DNA of 64,000 nucleotides. Origin: Gammaproteobacteria bacterium. GTDB taxonomy: Bacteria > Pseudomonadota > Gammaproteobacteria > Ga0077554 > Ga007554. The notes under the pieces were generated by a model. The model had not been told where the DNA came from. It searched no databases and saw only the letters and a program-made list of their open reading frames with translations. The number at the start of each line of letters is the position of its first letter. The stretch's first letter is position 1. Below, piece after piece: positions 39,449-48,466 of this stretch. The stretch is taken from NCBI GenBank assembly GCA_016191235.1, contig JACPOZ010000013.1, forward strand, positions 1,400 to 65,399. The letters run 5' to 3'. The translations under genes were made by a program, and so were the position numbers.

Positions 39449-40413
39449 TTAACTCTTTAGCGCGCCACCGCAGCTCGAACCCTGGCCCGCAGTGCAGCCG
39501 TAGCAGTGATCGCCAACCACGATGGAATCACCTTGCACATCACTCCCAGCCAGATCATTGATATGGACGCGCGGCCGGCCATTGCGCCGCAGCGGCAGGC
39601 CAAGCATCTGGTTGAAGTCGCAGTCGTAGACATAGCCCTGCCAGTCCACGCTGAGCAGCGTGCGGCACATAACCCCTTTCAGATTGGCATCCTGGTGGGC
39701 CGTGCGCAGCAGAGCCATGTAGTTATGAAACTGGCCCTTCGACACCAGCATGCTGCCGAAACGGTGGATGGGCATGTTGGCCAGTGTGTAGAGACGGTTG
39801 AAAACAATGCCGTAGTGCTCGCCGAGGTGTTCCTTGTAGTCTGCCTCCAGTTGGGCTTGCGGCGGCGGCAGCGTGGGCCTTGCGGGTTGTAGACCAGGTT
39901 CAAAACGTGGCCGGAGTTCTCTTGGCCATAGCCCAGGGCGTTGAGCTTGCGCAGGGCGCGGATGCTCGCCGTGAACACGCCCTTGCCGCGTTGCTGATCG
40001 ACATTCTCTTCGAGATAGCATGGCAGCGAGGCTGTTATCTCCACCTGTTGCGCAACGAGAAACCCGGCGAGATCTTCTTGTCCCGGTTCCTCGATGATGG
40101 TGAGGTTGCATCGGTCGATCACGCGCATGCCCAGATCGCGGGCGCGCTGCACCAGGTAACGGAAGTGGGGATTGAGTTCCGGTGCGCCGCCCGTCAGGTC
40201 CAACGTGGACACACCCGATGCCTGTATGAAGGAGATTACATCGTCGATGGTTTCCCGCGACATCATCTCCTTGCGCTGTGGCCCGGCATTGACATGGCAA
40301 TGCACGCACTGCTGGTTACAGCGGTAGCCCAGGTTGACTTGCAGTGTTTCGAGCCGTGCGCGGCGCAGCGGCGGGAAATTGGTCTGTTCCAGAAGCGGTA
40401 AGGTTGCATGCAT
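39449..40413 (-). pseudogene. arsS: radical SAM / Cys-rich domain protein (ArsS-type), split by a 1-nt frameshift
   Basis: The N-terminal frame (39679..40413) has the CNQQCVHC radical-SAM cluster motif and runs sensibly to …LNLVYNPQGP. The family continues in the other frame (39449..) as …TLPPPQAQLEADYKEHLGEHYGIVFNRLYTLANMPI…CYGCTAGQGSSCGG. The switch maps to the GGG run at 39875..39877. Confidence 0.75.
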
Positions 40414-40506
40414 ACAGCCATTCCTTTTTCAAAATAAAGCCACGGTTTTACTGCTCCGGCCTGATTAATCCCGGACTGTCCCACGCCCCTAAATTGTTCA
40501 CTTAAA

Positions 40507-40594
40507 GTAGGTTGGGTCAAGCGAAGCGGACCCAACATTGTCTGAAGTGATGATTTTATTGGGTCCGGAGTTTGCGCTCCTTGACCCAATCTAC
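40507..40594. repeat. inverted pair of REP units (GTAGGTTGGGTC…GACCCAA family)
   Basis: GTAGGTTGGGTCAAGCGAAGCGGACCCAA (40507..40535) and TTGGGTCCGGAGTTTGCGCTCCTTGACCCAATCTAC (40559..40594). GTAG and CTAC sit at the outer ends. Confidence 0.8.
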
Positions 40595-40782
40595 ACATGG
40601 AGCCTGTCGAGGAGCCATTCATGATTCGATAAGCTCACCACGAACGGCAGTGTAAACCCTATTTCGTTTAATAAACAATCTGGATTAAGCTCGTTTGACC
40701 ACTTGAAAAATGTGTTCTTTCGCTCCATTGTATATATTGCATCCAGAAGGTTTTTTGTACCAACATTGCAAGGGAGGTTGTT

Positions 40783-41064
40783 ATGGAAGCGCGCGTAGAA
40801 ACTCATCCCACGACTGACAAAGTCGCCAAGACGGCGCATGAAGCCGTCGACAAGGCGTCCGGCCCGGCCGGACATGCTGAAGAGCGTCTCAGGGAAACTG
40901 CCCAGAAGGCCCAGGAAACGCTGAAGGAAACCACGCTGAAAGTCCAGGAGAGCACCAAGGAACTGGGGCATTCCATGACAGAATACATCAAACAGAATCC
41001 GATGACTTCTGTTGGCATCGCTGCGGCTGCGGGGCTGGTGATTGGCGCGTTGCTCAGACGCTAA
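40783..41064 (+). CDS. DUF883 / ElaB-YqjD-type ribosome-associated membrane-anchored protein
   Basis: 93 aa with a helical charged N-terminus and the C-terminal …NPMTSVGIAAAAGLVIGALLRR anchor typical of YqjD/ElaB. Confidence 0.7.
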   Translation: MEARVETHPTTDKVAKTAHEAVDKASGPAGHAEERLRETAQKAQETLKETTLKVQESTKELGHSMTEYIKQNPMTSVGIAAAAGLVIGALLRR

Positions 41065-41079
41065 CGGGCGCATAACCTG

Positions 41080-41493
41080 ATGTCTTCAACCGCTCCGCCG
41101 ACCCCGCCATCGGATGGGTCGAAAGGTGCGGCGGAGGAATCCCTGGCGAGCGCCGGGGTTTCCCTGCTGCGCACCTTTCGCTCCATCGTTGGCGATATCT
41201 TGGGATTGGTCGCGCTCGAAGCCCGTCTCGCGGGTTTGAGCATCGCAGCCATGCTGGGTTTGGGCGTGGCTGCGGCATTGTTATTCATTACGGCATGGCT
41301 GCTGTTTGTGGCAGGTATCGCGTTCTCATTGGTTGACCTGGGGCTGGGATGGGGATTGGCGCTGTTAATCACCGCGCTGCTCAATATTGCCCTGGGGGTG
41401 ATCCTGATCAGGCTTATATTCGTTTTCAGCCGGAACCTGTTGTTCAAAGCCACCCGCCGCCAGATCGCGCCACACGCAAGGGAAGGGGAATGA
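41080..41493 (+). CDS. YqjE-like (phage-holin-3/DUF1469) inner membrane protein
   Basis: 137 aa with two long hydrophobic helices. Its position after the yqjD-like gene matches the E. coli yqjD-yqjE-yqjK order. Confidence 0.55.
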   Translation: MSSTAPPTPPSDGSKGAAEESLASAGVSLLRTFRSIVGDILGLVALEARLAGLSIAAMLGLGVAAALLFITAWLLFVAGIAFSLVDLGLGWGLALLITALLNIALGVILIRLIFVFSRNLLFKATRRQIAPHAREGE

Positions 41494-41494
41494 A

Positions 41495-41845
41495 ATGCGG
41501 CATCTCAAAAAAGCGATTGATGAACTCGAATCGCAAATAGATCAAAACAAGGCGCTGGCGTGTGGACAAGCCTGCTCACTGAAGCAGACTTTTTACCGCA
41601 AAATCACCACACCAAAAGTCTTGATCGCAAGCCTCGCAGGAGGGCTGGTGCTGGGCTTGTTTGCAGCAAGGCGCGGCCGGCGCGATAAAGTGGCTGATAA
41701 GTCCAGTGCTGCGAAATGTCATGCTGTGGGCTGGTCAAGCAAACTGGATGCGTTTCTTCCCCTGATACCGCTGATAATGTCCACCGTGCATGCGTGCTGC
41801 GGTAAGGATAGGCTCAAATGCAAAAGTGATGTGCCTTGTTGTTAG
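41495..41845 (+). CDS. YqjK-like small membrane protein
   Basis: 116 aa with a coiled N-terminus and one TM helix (VLIASLAGGLVLGLF). It is third in the yqjDEK-like arrangement. Confidence 0.45.
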   Translation: MRHLKKAIDELESQIDQNKALACGQACSLKQTFYRKITTPKVLIASLAGGLVLGLFAARRGRRDKVADKSSAAKCHAVGWSSKLDAFLPLIPLIMSTVHACCGKDRLKCKSDVPCC

Positions 41846-43014
41846 CCAGGCGGATTCAATTTCAGCATGCGTGTATTCGCAATGATCTTGCGCTGTGGCA
41901 GAGCGGATTCGATCTTCTGCATGACCCGCTCTGCGGTGACACGATAGGCGGTGAGTTTGCCGCCATAAACAGTCAGTAGCCGGGGCAGGGCGGCATGCAG
42001 CGTGGTGTCGCGTGGCCGCCCAAACGCCGTACCGGTGCCGGAGGGCAGCACGCGCAGACCGGCAAAAGCGGACAGGATTTCGCGTTGCTGAGGTGAGCGA
42101 TAGCGCGGAAAATAATGCGCCAGGGTTTCCAGCAGATAATCTTTTTCTCCCGGCAGCGGCTGCACGCTGGCAGGGTCGCAGTGATATGCGGTTTCGGTCG
42201 TGCCCACCATCACCTTTCCTTGCCAGGGCATGACAAATACCGCGCGCTGGTCGCGCGGAGCCTCCACATAGTAGATGCCCTGGGTGATTTTGCCACTCAC
42301 GATAATGTGCGTGCCTTGTACCAGTTCAACCTGGAGTTGCGCCGGGGCAGGGGTGATCTTGTCTAGCACGTGGTTGACCCAAGGCCCTGCGGCATTGACC
42401 AGAATCGACGCCTCGCAGCTTTGCGGTTGGCCGTTATGCGCATAATGAACCGTGCAGCCTTGTGCGCCAATCTCCGCGCCAGTGAAGGTTGAAGGCATGC
42501 TCAACTGGGCGCCCAATTCCAGGGCCGAGTGCATCACGGCGCGGGTGAGTGCTGCGTCATCGGTCTGGCCGTCCCAGTATTGGAATACACCCTGGAGCCG
42601 GGTGGTGTCCAGACCGTCGAGATTGGCCCAGGCCCGGCGGGGCAGGGTGTGAAAGTGTGTTGACTTGTCCATCCCGCCCAGCACGGCGTACAGACTCAGG
42701 CCCGCGCGCAATTGCCAGGGGCGGCGTGTGGTATTGTGGTAGACGGGGATATAAAACGGTTGCAGCCGGACCAGATCGGGTGCCAGCTTGAGCAGCAAGG
42801 CGCGTTCCTGCAAGCATTCGCGCACCAGCCCAAACTGTCCGCTCTCCAGATAACGCAGACCGCCATGAATGAGCTTGCTGGAGCGGCTGGACGTGCCGCT
42901 GGCGAGTCCGCTTTGCTCCAGTACCAGTACCGAAAAACCCCGCGCGGCGGCTGCCTGGGCGATGCCCGCGCCATGAATGCCGCCGCCTATGACGGCCAGG
43001 TCATATTTCATCAT
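41842..43014 (-). CDS. FAD-dependent glycerol-3-phosphate dehydrogenase/oxidase-like oxidoreductase
   Basis: YDLAVIGGGIHGAGIA (FAD fold) and GTSSRSSKLIHGGLRYLE (GlpD-family signature). Confidence 0.75.
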   Translation of the reverse strand: MMKYDLAVIGGGIHGAGIAQAAAARGFSVLVLEQSGLASGTSSRSSKLIHGGLRYLESGQFGLVRECLQERALLLKLAPDLVRLQPFYIPVYHNTTRRPWQLRAGLSLYAVLGGMDKSTHFHTLPRRAWANLDGLDTTRLQGVFQYWDGQTDDAALTRAVMHSALELGAQLSMPSTFTGAEIGAQGCTVHYAHNGQPQSCEASILVNAAGPWVNHVLDKITPAPAQLQVELVQGTHIIVSGKITQGIYYVEAPRDQRAVFVMPWQGKVMVGTTETAYHCDPASVQPLPGEKDYLLETLAHYFPRYRSPQQREILSAFAGLRVLPSGTGTAFGRPRDTTLHAALPRLLTVYGGKLTAYRVTAERVMQKIESALPQRKIIANTRMLKLNPPG

Positions 43015-43027
43015 GGTCAGAAAAATT

Positions 43028-43088
43028 TGTAGGGTGCGCCGTGCGCACCGTTCATCTTTATGATGCGGTGCGCACGGCGCACCCTACA
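43028..43088. repeat. inverted REP pair, perfect 23-bp arms (GTAGGGTGCG family)
   Basis: TGTAGGGTGCGCCGTGCGCACCG (43028..43050) is the exact reverse complement of 43066..43088. Each arm is itself a hairpin (GGTGCGC-CGT-GCGCACC). Confidence 0.9.
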
Positions 43089-43102
43089 AATACAGAGGAA
43101 GA

Positions 43103-43864
43103 TCATTTATCTGAAGCAAAACAGCCTCGTTTGCGCAACGGCGGATATTTCAGCATCTCACCGATGGCCATGGTTTCGATCAAGTCAGCGCCGCGGTTGC
43201 CTAGCACCATGGCTATCTCGGGATTGGTAACTTCATACAACGCCCAGCGCCAGGGGCCTGGCCAGAGGATATCAGTGGCAGGTATCTTGGTGTGATTGCA
43301 GAACAGATAATTCGGAGCCAGTTCAGTGGCGGTGGCACGGCTGGCATTATTCCATTCATGCAGCACCCAGCCGATACGATGCACACCCATGGCCCGCGCA
43401 CAGCGTATGGCAAGTTTGTCATAAGAAATCAGCACACATTGTTTACGGGCAGGCTCCAGCACTTTCATCACTGCCTTCACTGTGTTCTCAATGCCAAACT
43501 CCCGGAGACTCTCCTCCTTGACTTCGACAAAAGCCGTGGCGTGTGGCCAGCGCTGTATTAATCCGACCATCTCTGCGAGGGTAGGGATGGCAACGTCTTT
43601 AAACGCATCCCCGAAGCGGGCGCTTTCGTTGACATGAATGCCTTCGAGTTGCGCCAGGCTTAGCGATAACAGACGCAGCTCAACGCCTGCGGTGCGTGTG
43701 AGTGTGTCGTCGTGGCACAGCACCGGCACACCATCCTTGGTGAGCTGCACATCAAATTCAATAAAGCAGGCCCCGGCCTGCAATGCGGCTTCGATACCGG
43801 TCAGGGTATTTTCGGGATAATGTTTGGCGTAGCCACGGTGGGCGATCAGGCGAGGTGTATTCAT
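43103..43864 (-). CDS. ugpQ: glycerophosphodiester phosphodiesterase
   Basis: …LIAHRGYAKHYPENT…FDVQLTKDGVPVLCHD… GDPD signature. Confidence 0.85.
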   Translation of the reverse strand: MNTPRLIAHRGYAKHYPENTLTGIEAALQAGACFIEFDVQLTKDGVPVLCHDDTLTRTAGVELRLLSLSLAQLEGIHVNESARFGDAFKDVAIPTLAEMVGLIQRWPHATAFVEVKEESLREFGIENTVKAVMKVLEPARKQCVLISYDKLAIRCARAMGVHRIGWVLHEWNNASRATATELAPNYLFCNHTKIPATDILWPGPWRWALYEVTNPEIAMVLGNRGADLIETMAIGEMLKYPPLRKRGCFASDK

Positions 43865-43896
43865 CGAATTATATTAACCGGTTTTGTGGCCATGTG

Positions 43897-44556
43897 CTAT
43901 GCAGTAGTTTTCGAAGGACAGATATCTGCAAGACAGCAGCGTGAACATAGCGGCCGCTTACGGCACACGTCCTTCGCGTGATTGACGATCAGGGCGTGGT
44001 ATTCGTTGAACAGGCGCGCGTCGGCATTGGTATTGTCGCTGCCCAGTTCTGTCTCGAAGGTATGGCGCAGTGTCTCGTAGCCTTCATCGCCCTTGATCAG
44101 GCCGAGGCGGGAAAATAGCCGCCGGGTATAGGTGTCGATGACGAATACGGGGCGGTTAAAGGCGTAAAGCAGTATGTCGTCGGCGGTTTCAGGGCCAATG
44201 CCATGCACGGCCAACAAGGCATGGCGCAGTGCATGTATATCCAGCGTCGATAACGTTTCCAGCCCTCCCTGCGCCATGTACCAGACGCAGAAACTTCTTA
44301 GGCGCTGTGCCTTGATGTTGAAATAGCCCGAGGGCCTTAGCCACTGAGCAAGATGCTCATGTGAAACATGGGTAATGCGCGCGGGATCGAGATGATCTTG
44401 CGCCTTGAGATTGGCGATGGCTTTTTCGACGTTGGTCCACGCGGTGTTTTGTGTCAACACCGCGCCGACCATGATTTCAAAAGGGGTATCCCCTGGCCAC
44501 CAGTGCTGCGGGCCGTAGTATGCGTAAAGGGTGTCGTAGACCTTTGTGAAGCCCAT
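43897..44556 (-). CDS. endonuclease III-related HhH-GPD protein (COG2231-like)
   Basis: …YGPQHWWPGDTPFEIMVGAVLTQNTAW…, an HhH region (…VHGIGPETADDILLYAF…) and a C-terminal Cys cluster (CRKRPLCSRCCLADIC). The start was chosen at MGFTKVY. The track ORF extends 82 codons into the antisense of rluB. Confidence 0.75.
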   Translation of the reverse strand: MGFTKVYDTLYAYYGPQHWWPGDTPFEIMVGAVLTQNTAWTNVEKAIANLKAQDHLDPARITHVSHEHLAQWLRPSGYFNIKAQRLRSFCVWYMAQGGLETLSTLDIHALRHALLAVHGIGPETADDILLYAFNRPVFVIDTYTRRLFSRLGLIKGDEGYETLRHTFETELGSDNTNADARLFNEYHALIVNHAKDVCRKRPLCSRCCLADICPSKTTA

Positions 44557-44557
44557 G

Positions 44558-45589
44558 TTACCGCTGGGTTTTGGATGGCTTACGCTGCGGGCTACGGGCG
44601 TCGGGTTTTGAATTGCGCGTTTCACGCTGTGGGCTACGTGTTTTACTTTGTGGACCGCGTGCTTCACGTTGCGGGCTACGAGTTTCACGCTGTAGGCTAT
44701 GTGTTTCACGTTGGGATTCTCGGCCTCGGGCCGTTGTTCCCCTGCCCCTGGCACCATGTTTCCGATCCCTCGTCTGCGGCTGGCTATCAGGCACGGCGAC
44801 ATCTTCCAGCCCTGCCGCCTGCATCAATTTTGCGATGCCACCGGCATCAAGCTCCTCCATTTGTCCGGTGCGCATCCCTTTGCGCAGCAGGATGGGGCCA
44901 TAGCGCACGCGCATCAGGCGGCTGACTTTCACGCCCTGGCTTTCCCATAGGCGCCGCACTTCGCGGTTACGACCCTCTTTGAGTACCACGTGATACCAGC
45001 GATTGCTCCCTTCGCCGCCGGCGTCCTCGATGGCATCGAAATTCGCCATGCCGTCATCCAGCATTACGCCCTGCTTCAGGCGCGCCAGCATCGCATCATC
45101 CACCTTGCCCAGCACGCGCACCGCGTACTCGCGTTCCACCTCTGTGGAAGGGTGCATGAGCCTGTTGGCCAGCTCGCCATCGGTGGTCAGTAAAATCAGC
45201 CCGGCGGTATTGATGTCGAGACGCCCCACGGCGACCCAGCGTGCGCTAGGCAGCCTGGGGAGGTGGCCAAAAATAGTGGGGCGTCCTTCGGTGTCGGAGC
45301 GTGTACAGACCTCGCCTTCCGGTTTGTAGTAGACCAATACGCGACGTTTGATTGGCTCCAGCTTATAGGTCTGCACCTCGCGGCCATCGATGGCGATCTT
45401 GTCTTGTAGTGTCACGCGGTCGCCCAATTTGGCGAGGCTGTCGTTGACGGCAATGCGTCCGGCCTCTATCCACTCTTCGATCTGACGGCGTGAGCCGAGA
45501 CCTGCGTTGGCGAGTACCTTTTGCAGTCTTTCGGCAGGTGTCTGGGGGGGCGTGGTTTGAGTCTTGTTGAGGGGCGGGCGTTTTTTCAT
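44558..45589 (-). CDS. rluB: 23S rRNA pseudouridine synthase RluB with repetitive basic C-terminal tail
   Basis: S4 domain (ERLQKVLANAGLGSRRQIEEWI), catalytic VGRLD and a tail of RETRSPQ-like heptads. Confidence 0.9.
   Translation of the reverse strand: MKKRPPLNKTQTTPPQTPAERLQKVLANAGLGSRRQIEEWIEAGRIAVNDSLAKLGDRVTLQDKIAIDGREVQTYKLEPIKRRVLVYYKPEGEVCTRSDTEGRPTIFGHLPRLPSARWVAVGRLDINTAGLILLTTDGELANRLMHPSTEVEREYAVRVLGKVDDAMLARLKQGVMLDDGMANFDAIEDAGGEGSNRWYHVVLKEGRNREVRRLWESQGVKVSRLMRVRYGPILLRKGMRTGQMEELDAGGIAKLMQAAGLEDVAVPDSQPQTRDRKHGARGRGTTARGRESQRETHSLQRETRSPQREARGPQSKTRSPQRETRNSKPDARSPQRKPSKTQR
44565..44715 (-). repeat. degenerate 21-bp tandem repeats encoding the RluB tail
   Basis: About 6-7 units of TTCACGCTGTGGGCTACGTGT-like sequence. 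They translate to RETHSLQ/RETRSPQ/REARGPQ/SKTRSPQ/RETRNSK/PDARSPQ. Confidence 0.75.
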
Positions 45590-46257
45590 GGTGTGTGATT
45601 GTATTGTTCAGTTGTCATCGCGGAAACGACGGTGTCATTTGCTGCATCTTCTGCAACATCGGGTAGGTTTGCAACGATGGACTCAGCCTCGGGCAGCTCT
45701 TCAAAAAGCTCCGCTGACAGTTCATCGAGGTTGCGAATTTCGGCCAGCGGCGGCAGATCATTCAGGCTCTTGAGATTGAAGGAATCCAGAAACTGGCGGG
45801 TCGTGCCGTAAAGGGCAGGGCGGCCCGGCACTTCACGATGCCCCACTACGCGTATCCATTCGCGCTCCAGCAGGGTTTTTATGATATTGGAACTGACGGC
45901 GACACCGCGAATATCTTCGATTTCGGCACGCGTGATCGGCTGGCGGTAGGCCATCAAGGCCAGCGTTTCCAGCAGCGCGCGTGAATAGCGTGTAGGGCGC
46001 TCGTCCCACAGCCGGGAAACCCACGGCGCAAACTCTTCCTTTACCTGGAAACGGTAACCGCTGCTGACTTCCTTCAGCTCGATGCCGCGCTGCGCGCAAT
46101 CCTGGCGTAATTCGTCCAGGGCAGTGCGAAGTTCTTCGCGCGCCGGTTGTTCGCCTTCGGCAAATAGCGCCGTCAGTTGCTCCAGCGTCAAAGGATGCCC
46201 AGCCGCCAGCAGTGCCGCTTCGATAATGTTCTTAAGATGCTGCGAGTTCATTAACAT
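45586..46257 (-). CDS. scpB: segregation and condensation protein B
   Basis: …IIEAALLAAGHPLTLEQL… with two wHTH repeats. It overlaps the rluB start and the scpA end. Confidence 0.9.
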   Translation of the reverse strand: MLMNSQHLKNIIEAALLAAGHPLTLEQLTALFAEGEQPAREELRTALDELRQDCAQRGIELKEVSSGYRFQVKEEFAPWVSRLWDERPTRYSRALLETLALMAYRQPITRAEIEDIRGVAVSSNIIKTLLEREWIRVVGHREVPGRPALYGTTRQFLDSFNLKSLNDLPPLAEIRNLDELSAELFEELPEAESIVANLPDVAEDAANDTVVSAMTTEQYNHTP

Positions 46258-47095
46258 GACCTGGTACTTTCACATAAATTGGACCAAAGGATTCAGTCTG
46301 GATCAACTCAATAAGCGTTTCTTTTACCAGCTCCAGGATGGCGAGCAATGTTACCACTACGCCGCGGCGTCCCTCCTCGATCGTGAACAGCGTGGTGAAC
46401 TCGGTAAATTTTTCGGCGCTGATGCTGTTGAGTATATTGGACATGCGTTCACGCACCGACAGTGGTTCGAGCTGGATGTGGTGGTGCGAAAACATATCGG
46501 CCCGCGCGAGCACATCTTTCAGCGCGAGCAGTACCTCGTGCAGCGTCACGGTGGGTGCGATTTTCAATGCCTGCGCATCTGGCTTGTCCACCTGCGCGGT
46601 GAAGATATCCCGCCCCATCTGCGGCAGGGTGTCGATATCCAATGCGGCTTTTTTGTAACGCTCGTATTCCTGCAGGCGCCGCACCAGTTCCGCACGCGGG
46701 TCGCCTTCCTCGCCTTCCGCCACGCCTGCCGGGCGCGGCAGCAGCATGCGCGATTTGATCTCCACCAGCATCGCCGCCATCACCAGATATTCGGCCACCA
46801 ACTCCAGGCGCAGCGTCTTCATCAGCTCAATGTACACCATGTACTGGCGGGTGATTTCGGCAATCGGTATGTTCAGGATGTCCAGATTCTGGCGTTTGAT
46901 CAGGTACAGCAGCAGATCCAGCGGACCCTCGAACGTCTCTAAAAACACCTCGAGTGCATCCGGGGGGATATAGAGATCCTGCGGCAGCAGGGTCATCGCC
47001 TCGCCATTCACCGTGGCAAACGGCAGTTCCTGCTGCTGCGGCGTTTCCGTCACTTGGCTTTCAGCGTTGGCGGTGGATGATACGCGGCCACTCAT
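46232..47095 (-). CDS. scpA: segregation and condensation protein A (kleisin)
   Basis: …FEGPLDLLLYLIKRQNLDILNIPIAEITRQY… signature. Confidence 0.9.
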   Translation of the reverse strand: MSGRVSSTANAESQVTETPQQQELPFATVNGEAMTLLPQDLYIPPDALEVFLETFEGPLDLLLYLIKRQNLDILNIPIAEITRQYMVYIELMKTLRLELVAEYLVMAAMLVEIKSRMLLPRPAGVAEGEEGDPRAELVRRLQEYERYKKAALDIDTLPQMGRDIFTAQVDKPDAQALKIAPTVTLHEVLLALKDVLARADMFSHHHIQLEPLSVRERMSNILNSISAEKFTEFTTLFTIEEGRRGVVVTLLAILELVKETLIELIQTESFGPIYVKVPGHVNELAAS

Positions 47096-47097
47096 GG

Positions 47098-48315
47098 TTA
47101 TAGATACTGTAGCCCCATCGCCTGGCGCACCTCGGTCAGCGTCTCGCGCGCCACATCGCGCGCCGCCTCGCAGCCGTCGGCAATGATGTTGCGCACCAGG
47201 TTGGGATTGGTGATGAATTCCTGCGCCCGTTCACGGATCGGCACCTGTTCGGCAAGCACTGCATCAATCACCGGCTGTTTGCATTCCAGGCAACCGATGC
47301 CGGCGGAACGGCAGCCCTGCTGCGCCCAGCCTTTTACCTCATCCGTCGAATAGACCTGGTGGAGCTGCCACACCGGGCATTTTTCCGGATCGCCGGGGTC
47401 GTTGCGGCGTACCCTGGCGGGATCGGTGGGCATGGTGCGCAGCTTGTGTTGCACCGATTCCGGTGCCTCGCGCAAGGTGATGGTGTTGCCATACGACTTG
47501 GACATCTTCTGGCCATCCAGTCCCGGCATTTTGGACATCGGCGTCAACAATGCCTGGGGTTCAGGCAGGATGATCCTGCCGCCACCTTCAAGATAGCCGA
47601 ACAGGCGTTCGCGGTCACCCAGCGTGATGTTTTGCTGCGCCTCCAGCAGGGCGTGCGCGGTTTCCAATGCTTCGTGATCGCCTTGCTCCTGATAACGCTT
47701 GCGCAAGTCCTGATAAAGTTTGGCGTTCTTCTTGCCCATCTTTTTGGCGGCGGCCTCGGCCTTCCCGGCAAAATCGGCTTCGCGTCCATAGAAATGATTG
47801 AAGCGCCGCGCGATTTCACGGGTCAGTTCGATATGCGGCACCTGGTCTTCGCCCACCGGCACCAGCCCTGCCTTGTAGATAAGCACGTCGGCGCTTTGCA
47901 GCAGTGGATAACCGAGAAAACCGTAGGTGGCAAGATCCTTCTCCTTGAGCTTTTCCTGCTGATCCTTGTAGGTCGGCACCCGCTCCAGCCAACCCAGTGG
48001 GGTGATCATCGACAACAGCAGATGCAGTTCGGCATGTTCCGGCACGTGTGACTGAATGAAAAGTTTCGCCGCACCAGGATCAACCCCCGCCGCCAGCCAG
48101 TCAATCACCATATCCCACACGCTGTTGGCAATGATGGCCGGATTTTCATATTCCGTGGTCAGTGCGTGCCAATCGGCAACCATGAAAAAACATTCATATT
48201 CGTGCTGCAGGCGCGCCCAGTTTTTCAGCACGCCATGATAGTGGCCGAGGTGTAACTGGCCGCTGGAACGCATGCCCGACAGCACGCGCTGATGTTGTGT
48301 CGCCAAGGAATTCAA
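47098..48315 (-). CDS. trpS: tryptophan--tRNA ligase (long form)
   Basis: HIGH-type motif (GQLHLGHYHG) and KMSKS. Confidence 0.95.
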   Translation of the reverse strand: MNSLATQHQRVLSGMRSSGQLHLGHYHGVLKNWARLQHEYECFFMVADWHALTTEYENPAIIANSVWDMVIDWLAAGVDPGAAKLFIQSHVPEHAELHLLLSMITPLGWLERVPTYKDQQEKLKEKDLATYGFLGYPLLQSADVLIYKAGLVPVGEDQVPHIELTREIARRFNHFYGREADFAGKAEAAAKKMGKKNAKLYQDLRKRYQEQGDHEALETAHALLEAQQNITLGDRERLFGYLEGGGRIILPEPQALLTPMSKMPGLDGQKMSKSYGNTITLREAPESVQHKLRTMPTDPARVRRNDPGDPEKCPVWQLHQVYSTDEVKGWAQQGCRSAGIGCLECKQPVIDAVLAEQVPIRERAQEFITNPNLVRNIIADGCEAARDVARETLTEVRQAMGLQYL

Positions 48316-48387
48316 AGGTTGCTCCGAAGTAATGGTGTCACGCAGCCTGGGTCAGGCATGCGGACCCAATGCCATCATTAATAATTA

Positions 48388-48440
48388 TGTAGGGTGCGTC
48401 TTACACACCACAATTATTGGTGCGTAGGACGCACCCTACG
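48388..48440. repeat. inverted REP pair (GTAGGGTGCG family), imperfect
   Basis: TGTAGGGTGCGTCTTACACACCA … TGGTGCGTAGGACGCACCCTACG. Confidence 0.85.
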
Positions 48441-48466
48441 ATTCTACTGTTGATTTAGAAATGAAA

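Noticed and set aside
39449-40309. 286-aa ORF treated as an independent gene
   Set aside because: Its first 140 codons or so are Arg/Pro/Gly-rich out-of-frame translation of the arsS N-terminal half. Only its C-terminal part is meaningful, so it is merged into the frameshifted arsS call.
44557-44802. N-terminal 82-codon extension of the EndoIII-related ORF
   Set aside because: The extension is the antisense reading of the rluB tail repeats. A Met (MGFTKVY) at 44556 gives a protein starting where the family normally starts and removes the overlap with rluB.
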